This document shows, one piece after another, positions 12,001 through 21,342 of a stretch of DNA of 64,000 bases. Position numbers and translations under genes: made by a program. Each line of letters opens with the position of its first letter. The stretch's first letter is position 1. Source of the DNA: Marsupella aquatica (taxonomy: Eukaryota > Plantae > Marchantiophyta); NCBI GenBank assembly GCA_973895155.1, contig OZ316895.1, forward strand, positions 18,299,880 to 18,363,879. Direction: 5' to 3'. The notes below the pieces were generated by a model. The model worked only from the letters and a program-made list of their open reading frames with translations. It did no database searches and was not told the origin of the DNA.

Positions 12001-13317
12001 CGATTTTGCACAGAGGCGACTATGACCAAGTTTCCGAGGTCATTGCAGCTTGTCAATTTTCACAGAAATTCCAGTGTATCTCGACACACAATGTTTTCAT
12101 GGGCACTCCAATGTACAGGCCTCGCTCGGATATGCAGGTATGTATAGTAGCGCCTGGCGCTATTCCAAAGTTTCTGTTTGGTGTCCTCCTTTGGAGATTG
12201 ACGGCGACGCTAGCACCAGGCGCTAGTGTGGAATATCCTCTTCGTGAAATGTTTCCGTATTCTCGACGTAGCATCTGATGTTTATTATGAACAAAACGTT
12301 ATTCGATGTGCAGATTTTTACGCTCACTCTCAATGTTTTTGGGCGTGTTTCGTCCAAAGGTAGGGCCCCTAAGGATCCCAAATTTGGGCCTCTTTCACAT
12401 ACAGAGGATCCTTCAATAACCAATCTCATTGGTTTTCCCGTGCCAAAAAATGATCCTCTGCCGGAGCTTGCGTTTGCCGGGAATTCAAGGCTGCCTGTGG
12501 GTTTCATGCAGTCCGTTTTAGAATTAATTACCCTCCCTGGGGATATTGTCATAGACTGGACTGTTGGGGCCGGAAGTACATTTGTTGCTGGAGATCATTG
12601 TGGGAGGTTTGTAGTTGGGATTGAAAATCGTAAAGAGTTTCTTGACATTGCCACAAAATTTTTCTTTGGACTTCTCGAGAATAAAGAGGCCTCCACGTCC
12701 ATGCCTCCGCACCGGCAGGTGGGGAGTAAGAAGCAGGACAGACTCCGTGTTGTTCTTAATTTTGATTCTGACGAGGACAATGATGGAGGCAATGGTACGC
12801 AACAGTCCAAAGATGATGGGGCCTCCAAGAAAGTGGTGAACCTCGAGTCTTCTGAATCTGAGGATAGTGAAGAGTCTTCTGAGTAATGATCTTCAGCTTC
12901 CCTGTCTTTTTTTTCTTTTTAAGTGTGACGTTAGTGTCTCCAACATTCCACCATTTTCCCGGACCCGACTAAAAATATCGGATTCAACTTTCCAGGTCTG
13001 AGTGGAATCTTTTGAAGGGCTTTCAACTACGGAGGAAAGTCGCTAGGAATGCAATAGAAACCCCGGAGAAGCCGTTTGTCTTGCCTTCTTATGCAGAAAA
13101 GGCGGCTCAAAAAGCAGATTCTGTGAGAATGCTGACTTGGGAAAGCAAAGGCCTGAGGCTCAAAAGGGGCTCTGATAGAAAGTTTATGAAGAATCGCTAT
13201 GTCGATGACATCGTCCCGAGCAAGTATGTAGACGATGAAGCTGAGTCTACTGATAGATCACAAAGTAGTGAAGAAGAATCAGAACTAGATTCGACTAATT
13301 CAAAATCTGATGGCTAG
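9052..13317 (+). pseudogene. Cargo gene M, copy A: ParB/Srx-like domain + helical region + N6/N4 DNA methyltransferase-like domain; five exons, several stops/frameshifts
   Basis: MFCVFDGNHRLYSW (~9665-9705); FLADDGLLAILH; RLPVGFMQSVLELITLPGDIVIDWTVGAGSTFVAGDHCGRFVVGIE (~12488-12625). GT-AG introns at ~9825-9953, 11288-11423, 12138-12313 and 12883-12995. In-frame TGA at 9403 and 11272. Confidence 0.82.
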
Positions 13318-13782
13318 CCAGACTTTAAAACTATATTTTGGGGATATAGATATTGGCTATTTTACAAAATAGCGCTTGGCGCTATTGTGAACACATGTAA
13401 TATTGATGGGTGTTTATAAAGTGAGACTGACTGTCCACATTGTTTTTTGACTAAACTTTCCTCTGTGAAGCGGACAATCTTAACTTGGGATGTATTACAA
13501 TTGGGTGTTTACCCTAAAGTTGATCTCTATTTTTAAGTCTGTTATTGAGGTCTGTATACTAGCGTCGGGCGCTAGTATACATATGTTTTTGGGGATACTT
13601 TTGCAAATGGATGTTTCGAATGAGGTTTCGGGTATTTTGGACTGTTTCAGGACTGTAGCGCTGGGCGCTAGTATTACGATGTGTTTCAAAATGATGGATT
13701 TTAGAGGTTTCGATCTCATTTTATGAGAGATGTCAGATTAGGGAAGATTTTTTTGGTGCAGACATTTGCTGCTATGAGCTTT

Positions 13783-13838
13783 ACTGTTTGTTGTTTGTTG
13801 TTTGTTGTTTGCTGTTTGCTGTCACTGTGAAAAGCCTC
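13783..13838. repeat. M-side subterminal 7-bp repeats (tgtttgt/tgtttgc) and TIR of copy A
   Basis: The same structure occurs at 21266-21342 (copy D) and inverted at 24180-24245 (copy C). Confidence 0.75.
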
Positions 13839-14096
13839 CAATGGACGCACTTGTATAGACTACTATCTAGTCGTATTCATGTAATAAATATTCCTGACAC
13901 CCGCACTTGACGGGAAAAAAGGACAAATGTATCATTTATGATTTCAACGGACGCAAAGTTGTGCGTGTTCTCTGTTGTATTGAAATGTCTCTTTTAACGG
14001 CCGGTGGTCCTTGAAGGGGTGTTATAAGCACAAGCAATACGGTTGGGATTGGGCTATTGCATGAAATACCTCTGGCCTAAACTTCATTCATCTACA

Positions 14097-17000
14097 ATGT
14101 CGCGCTCAATTGTTATTACACGTGCTTGTACCGGGGAAGTCGTCAAAGTTCCCGTGCAAGTTTTTGATACTTACAGGCAAGTAAGCGAGAACTACCTGTG
14201 CGGGAGATTCGATTTGAGAATCAATGACATTGAGTCGATTGTTCCTGATGAGTCATCGAGTGGAGGACTTGAACGTGCAGCAGTATTTGATGTGGATGAC
14301 AGAATACGTTTCTGGCACATGAATGTCGGACTTCGTTACACGCTTCATGTCAGACCTACTCCCTTTGAATCGGTTGTTCAGGAAATTCCGCCCTAGGTTG
14401 TTGAGATATCTAAGAGTGAAGATGAGGAAGTTGCACCCAATCCTCCTGAGAAGCACAAAGCTCCAGGTCTAGTTGCCTTAAGAGTGAACCGGTGGCCACT
14501 TCCGGAGATGTCCAGAAGGTTTACCGGCGGAGTGCAATGGACGCCTTACTCAAGGCCACTGGCCATAGTGAATTGTCAAGATTTATCTCGGCAGGGGACT
14601 TCCAACATGATCAAGTTCCTTGTTTGCCAAACAAGTACAACGGAAATATTGTATTTGAATTGCCTCCCATTGTGGGTGTGCAGTCCAAAGGATCTAGACT
14701 TCGTGACATGGACCGTGCCAAAGATTGTTACATTTGGACCAGGATTTTTCCGACGACCGCAAACGTGCAACCAAAGAAACACTGGGAGTTTGGTAAAGTC
14801 AGTTGTACTGGGTTGGTCGAGTGCAGGAACAAGTCCCGTGAGTATTTTTTGCGAAAGAAGAGATGCAATTCGAAAGCGTGGGCTGGTACCCCTAAGCTTA
14901 GTGGCCAGCATGTGGTGGGTTTGTTCATTGAAGAGGGTGGTATAGTATGTCACGACTGTGAACAGATTCATTTTTGTGTGGACTCTTGCCCTGCTCGTTT
15001 GTTCTATATGTATCCACAGGTCCTACTTGATACAGAAACCTATAGTCACATGTCTCGGCTCGCAGTTCATATAGGTGAACATAACCATCCGAGTAGAAAA
15101 GTTTTCTCGAGGAGTGCTGAAAAGATGGCCGAGGACTTAATAAAAAGAAATCATGAAGCCAATCCTCTTGCAAAACCGGCTGGGATTTTGAATTTGGCGA
15201 CTGGTTCGCTTGTGAAAGCTCTTTGCGAGAACGTTGATGACATCGTAGATATTGAAGAAACCAAAATTTGGAAGTCTCTCATGGTTCTATCTACTCCTCA
15301 GAAATTTGCATCCCTTTGTTGCAGCGTTCGAATGGACCAGGCTGGTCGTGGTGAGTTAGATTTCCTAGCTCGAATGCAAAGGTCAAATAATATTTCTTTC
15401 CTCCAAAGGTATCTTCTTCCGGGTCAGGGTTGTTTAGCAGATCGTCCCCACATATTCAAAATGTCAGTCAAGGGTCATGGATCTGGTGTAGATCTTCTAC
15501 GGCAGATGCAACCTGGCGGAAGACTGGAAGGGGCTTGGGTGAGTTTTGATGTCATGAAGCGAGTGACAACCGACTGGTTTACTTTTAGCGCACACGTTTA
15601 TGATCACAACTTTTGAGCTCTTTGTACAATATTCACATGCGAACTAAAAGCTGAAGACACAGAGTCCTTTGAGAAGGCATGGAGAATTATGATAGAGGTT
15701 TGTAAGGAAAATGGGTTACATGAGGTTACCATTCAAGGTTTTATGGCCGACAATGCTCAGGCTGGATGGATTGCCGTTCGCAATGTCTTTTTTGGGGGTC
15801 ACCTAGACCCTGAATGTGAACGCTCCGATGCATTCCACTTTTACCAGTCTTTCCATCGACATTCCACGGAGGGAGTACTCGAGGGTAGGCAACCTGAACA
15901 TCTAAGATTGTGGGAGAAATTGCGAAATGCTCCATCGTTCGTTGCGGCGTACCGAGTTTCTAGGGAGATTGTGTTATGGTGGCAAGCAGGCAACTGTGTT
16001 CCAGGAAAACTGATGATGTTGCAGAGTTGGATATCATGGTGGGTCGTTCGATGGCGTCAGTGGGGGAATTTCATTCGCGTGGTAAGTTTTATCAATGCGT
16101 ACAATAGTCACTTCTCCATGTTTTTATACTAGCGCCTGGCGCTGCTTTAAACTGTACAGATGCCAACATTATATTATTATATCATACACAATGCTAGCAC
16201 CTGGCGTTGCTTTAAATTGTACAGAGAACTTTGCCACATTCATGACTTATGAACACTTGATAATACCAACATTATATTAATGTATATTATATACATTGCT
16301 AGCGCCTGGCGCTGCTTAAACAAATTGACTAAAGTTGGTCTGGATCCACTTGATTGCAGAGCAAAAGCGCAGAAGAAGGTGCCCTCATTCCAAACTGTAC
16401 AGGTTCTGAGTCAAGGCACGCTTCAATGAAAGCATGGGCAACCAAAAAAATGGTGGGCCTCTTCGAAGCATGCGAAGTTGATCAAAATTGGGCTATATCT
16501 CAAGTTGCAGGTTACAGTGCATATCGGAAAGGACTCAATAGAGGGAAGGGGCCAACTATCTGGGAATTGGCATTCCGTTTGGCAGACCAAGCAGGTTCAC
16601 CCAAGTTATTCAAAGAAGCCACTAACATGATTCTTTCCAACTCTGCCGATTTTGATCTGGGTAGGAATTCTCCTCTAAATGGAGATATTGTCACCAAATC
16701 GGTTAAGAGGAAGGGACTTGCAACTGGGATTGTCTCGCCACAAGACTCCCATCGGCATGACACCATTCTCATCACTACCCCAAATACTCGAGGATTCAAA
16801 CGGAAGAATCTCAACAAGACTGAGTTCACTTCCATTCCCACCAATGTAGTAGATCCAATAGTAGATCCTGTAGTAGACCTCTGCGGGAGTGACACTTCAA
16901 CAAGTGAAAGCGATTCCCTTGCGAACACCCCTGAAGCCACGAGGGAAACAACATCATCTCAACCACCAGGGAGTGCCCCCGCTGTGCTTCAACGTTTGCC

Positions 17001-17898
17001 GACAGAATCAGCTCCTTTGGAAATGGACGTTCTAAGAGGAAGCTGGCATTTGAGACGGACAGCCAAATATGGGGCAGGGCCACAGTGTAATGGGACCTTG
17101 CATGGAAATTCTGACAGAGATGAGTGTCGAAATCGTGTCAAGAAAGTAGGGTTCCATTTTGCTGTCGGTGTTGTCGGCATTGTTGTCAATGGACATCGCA
17201 TTTTCAGAGGAACTCCCATTGCCAAAATGATATGGTTCTGCCCAAATAGCACATGCTACAAGAGCCGCCCGCGTCGTGGTGTTGAATGCCTTCCTCCTGT
17301 GCCGGACATCCTGCCAGTTGTGAAAGGAACAAACCTCTCGCCTGGCGAGATAGAGTACCTTCAAGTGCAGGGAGTCTCTATGGTCCAAATAGATGCGACC
17401 TCTCGAACTTGAACTGCACCATTTGCATTCGACTTGAGAATCAATGTTAACACATTTCCAGAGAAAATCAATTTTGTGGAGCCCAACGTGCGTCTTTGTA
17501 GCAGGAATGGGAGGAACTCCAGACCTCGCTCTAATCTAACTATGGCTCACAGTAAATGAATGGAGTCGGCTCGAAAAGAAGCTATGACTCTAGATGGAGA
17601 GTGGGATGTGATTAGTGGAATTGCTTTTGGGAAACAATTCAGAATACGGACTCACGAGAACCTTCGATCCCCAAACACTTACTGTGTCCAAATGTGCATC
17701 TTCCCTACTTGTTCCTGTGAGGATTTCTTCCGTCGTCATTCCCGCGGCAAGCCGTATATGCCCTGTAAACATTTGTACTGGGTGTTCATAAATGTCTTCA
17801 AGTTTCATGTAGAGGAGTCTACCCTGTGTAGCCAGCCGATTTTGACAGTTGGAGAAGTCAGACTTGTGTTGGAGAGGCACAACGCAAATGGTTTATAG
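14097..17898 (+). pseudogene. Transposase T, copy B (all domains present; stops/frameshifts)
   Basis: ORFs 14492..15616, 15689..16132, 16354..17412 and 17560..17898 carry SFDVMKR, GFMADNAQAGW, DAFHFYQ, CTGSESRHASMK (putative third catalytic E) and SWIM CSCEDF..PCKHLYWV. Intron 16082-16359. Confidence 0.87.
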
Positions 17899-18619
17899 AG
17901 GGACTCGATTTATCCTTAACTGTCGTATTCCATAACGGATACTATGTTGTTTTGTCTTTAGTCAACGGATATTACTTTAGTTTTTTATGTGGTTTTGGTT
18001 AGCGTCGGGCGCTGGTCAATAACTTATTTATAAAAAATTTGTTTTATCTGGTTAGTGCCATTGGATGGTCCCATAAGCTTTTATTATCGTCCCATTATTC
18101 TGCGTACTTAATCCTTTGTTAGCGCCTAGCGCTAGTTTCACACTCTGCCTGACAGACCCCTATGTTTCCGATAACATAATTCAGTCTACAACTGGCTTTG
18201 TGGTGGGTCTCGCCTGAGCATACTCCATTCCTCCATGGGTATTATGGTTAGGCTTTTTTTAACCACACTAATGAAGTATATGAACTAAATGAAGCATTTA
18301 AAAGTGGACTGTTTAGAAATGTTGTTGTATATAAACAGCAATGAATTGAATGACAACCCTTTTTTATCTATAATCTGAGCAAGTGACAAGGGATTAGAAC
18401 CTCTCCGAGCAACTGTGAGCACACCTTTCCCTTATATCTGACGTCGTGTCTTATGCCAATAGGAATATTTTTAGCTTAAGTATGTGGTTGTTCCTTACGT
18501 GAATTTTTGAAAAACTTTGCCAAATAGTACACCTTTACAATAACAATTTCTTGTTACCAGGAGAAATTACCTGGTAACAGGAAAACTGTTTCCTGTTTCC
18601 TGTCTCCACTGCTATACCC

Positions 18620-21009
18620 CTCTCACTTAGCATCTGGATCATCATTAGCTCAAACCTTTCCACCACGTTCATTGTCGGAGTGGGAGAGACTTCATTGTCC
18701 GTGGTACCTCGACACAGACAAATGGGATTTACCGTTCGACGAAGCTGAGAAGGATGCCTTCATGAAGTTGCAGAAGTCCCAGATCCTTGCCAACTATGTG
18801 TCTACAATGAAGCAAGGTCTCCAGTCTGATGTTGACGAATTTGCATCTGAGTTACAGAAGAATTGTGAGTCTCGTGTCATGCACGTTGACCGAAGCCGTA
18901 AGCCAAGAGCAAAGGCGAAGAATGAGTCAGCTGCACCAAGTGACTCCACAAGGTCCTTCAAGAAAAGTGAGTAGTCTAAGCGCTTTTTGGTTACTTGTTG
19001 GCGCTGCTTATGCGGGAGTTTCATTTGGAAATTCCTTTGATTAATAGCGTCTGGCGCTAGTCTGAAAGGTTGGACTCATGCAAGTTTCTATGCCTAACAG
19101 GAGGTCGAAAGTCCGACATGGAGGTCCAGGCTGTTGAAGGGAAGAATGATGCAACTCCTCAAGCATCGGAGGCAAACATTGGAGCTCAACAAACCCCGGA
19201 TCAAGGGACCCCGGATGGTGCTGGAAAATCCATTGTCCCTGTTGATGCAACTAGCACAAAGAAAAAGAAAAAAAAGGCGTCGGTGAGGACAGAGCAGCAT
19301 CATCTACTCGAGACGTTATTTCCTATGGACTCCAGAGAGATGTCGGGAATTTTAAGCAAAGGTGTTCTAGACACTGTTTTTTGGAGTCCAATTTAAACGA
19401 ATTTTACGATTTGGTATTTAACAAGGGGATGAAGCCTATGTGGGTTACTAAAGTTGAGGCCTGGGGAAAGGAATTGGTAAAGTCAGGAGACAGAGAGAAG
19501 GGAGTAATGCGTGGCGGAAAAGAGAGGGGCTTTGGTGTGGATGTTGGTTTCATCTACATTCCCACTGGATTAAAACCAACACTTCTTGATCGGAAGGTTC
19601 CCAAGTGGAACCTTCAGGATTACACTATTCCCAGCTCTTTCTTCCAAGCGATGGAGCCGTTCCTGGCAGACGATGGCCTACTTGCAATTTTACACAGAGG
19701 AGACTATGATCAGGTATCTGAAGTGATTGCGGTTTGCCAGGATTCTAAGTGTTTCCAGTATATTTCAACCCACAATGTGGTCATGACTACACCAATGTAT
19801 AGACCCCGATCTGATACTCAGGTAACAATTCCTCTTGCACATACTAGCGCCTGATGCTACTATTAGCATTCGCTATATCTACAATTCACTTATCTTTTGT
19901 AAGGATGAAGGGTTGACTAGCGCCAAGCGCTAATATATATGTGTCTGTTTTCTTATACTGCCTTCATTGGGAAACTGTGTTGCAGATATTCACACTTACT
20001 CTTAATATATTTTGCCGCATTTTGACAAAGGGAAGGGTCCTGAAAGACCCCAAGTTCCGGCCACTATCGAATGCAGAAGACCCTTCCGTCACTAACATTA
20101 TTGGGTTATCGTTGCCGCGACATGACCCAACTCCTGAGCTCCAATTTGCAGGAAATTCACGCTTGCCTGTGGGTTTCATGCAAATTATTTTGGAATTGGT
20201 GACTCTTCCTAGAGATATCGTTATGGAGTGGACAGTAGGTTCCGGTAGTACGTTTGTGGCTGGAGATTATTCTGGTCGCTTTGTTGTTGGGCTGGAAAAT
20301 CGGCCAGAGTTTGTTGATACTTCCGGTAAGGTCTTCCTCGATCTTTTACAGAACAAAGAAGTGGTTGCACCAACTCTTCCTAAGAAGATTCCTGGAAGTA
20401 AGAAGCAGGACAGGCTCCGTGCTATTCTAAATTTTGATTCGGAAGACGAGGATGAGGGTGGCAATGCTTCTCAGCAATCTAAAGATGATGAGGTGTCGAA
20501 GAATGTGGTGGACCTTGGATCTGGTGATGAGGACAGTGACAAGTCAGAAGAGTAATGTTCTTTAGCTTTCTTTCTCTCATTACAGTATACTTTTTTCCAA
20601 AGAACTCCTATACTCCCTTTTGTCTAGAAAATTCGCCCGATTTCCCGACTTCGACTAAAGAACTCCAGTTCAAATTCTCAGGTCAGAGTGGAATCTTTGG
20701 AGGTGTTTTCAACTTTGAAGGAACGTCTCTAGGAACGTTGTACAGACCCCGGAGAAACCATTTGTTCTCCCCTCTTATGCTGAAAAGGCGACACGACGAG
20801 CAGATTCAGTCAGGACGCTTACTTGGGAGAGTAACCTGGGTCTTAGACTCAGAAGAGGCTCAGATAGAAAGTTTGTGCAAAATCACTTCGTAGATGATAT
20901 TGCAAAATCCAAGTATGTGGATGACGAAGCAGAGTCCACTGATAGATCAGAAAGTAGCGGTTTCAAATCGGGCTCAGAGTCAAGTGGTGGTTGTGGATCT
21001 GGTCTTTAG
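18620..21009 (+). pseudogene. 3' half of cargo gene M, copy D (methyltransferase-like part)
   Basis: FPPRSLSEWERLHCPWYLDTDKW; VDVGFIYIPTG; RLPVGFMQIILELVTLPRDIVMEWTVGSGSTFVAGDYSGRFVVGLE. Intron positions match copy A. Confidence 0.85.
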
Positions 21010-21342
21010 TTTTCCTTGTTTTATTTACCCGTTTGTGGAGAACGACGACACTAAATAAGAACGCCGCGACGTGTCGGATTAGAGTAGCGCCCGGCGCTAC
21101 TACTGTAGCCGGTAGTTCAAAGAGGTTTTTATTCGGATGTTTTCCTTATAGCGCTCGGCGCTAGTATAAATGTACTCAATGGCCGCTTCATGTCCAATAT
21201 ATGTGACAATATTTTCTTATCATTCGGTGTCTTTTTTGGGGTGCACATTTGCTGGTATGAGTTTTGTTGTTTACTGTTTACTGTTTATTGTTTGTTGTTT
21301 GTTGTTTGCTATTTGCTATTTGCTGTCACGGAGAGATCCCCC
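18620..21342. mobile_element. M-side remnant of Mutator-like copy D, interrupted by copy B
   Basis: M coding sequence begins directly after the end of copy B and terminates ...tttgctgtcacggagagatccccc (TIR) at 21342. Confidence 0.7.

Larger units (their letters stand above)
1192..13838. mobile_element. Mutator-like element copy A with both ends (T minus; X and M plus)
   Basis: Left end gagtataacCACCGTGACAGCAAATAG; right end rc gaggcttttCACAGTGACAGCAAACAG. Flanking direct repeat caatggac at 1184-1191 and 13839-13846 (8 bp, 9 if the following g is counted). Confidence 0.85.
1..18619. mobile_element. Mutator-like element copy B (M on minus, T on plus), interrupted by copy A; other end lies outside the window
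   Basis: Removing copy A rejoins M start (473, minus) to T start (14097, plus) across a ~1 kb divergent spacer containing palindromes. The T-side end is ...ctgtttcctgtttcctgtctccactgctataccc at ~18585-18619 (rc gggtatagcagtggagacaggaaacag), which resembles the other termini. Confidence 0.7.

Noticed and set aside
9052-13317. Bacterial/phage contamination or a restriction-modification locus
   Set aside because: The gene has conserved GT-AG introns, is enclosed by eukaryotic TE ends, and is interleaved with plant L1/CACTA/LTR elements; no endonuclease partner seen.
13821-13829. CACAGTG (RSS heptamer) suggesting Transib/RAG-like ends
   Set aside because: It lies 9 bp inside the terminus, varies in other ends (CACCGTG, CTCCGTG), the TSD is 8-9 bp rather than 5, and the transposase motifs are Mutator-like.
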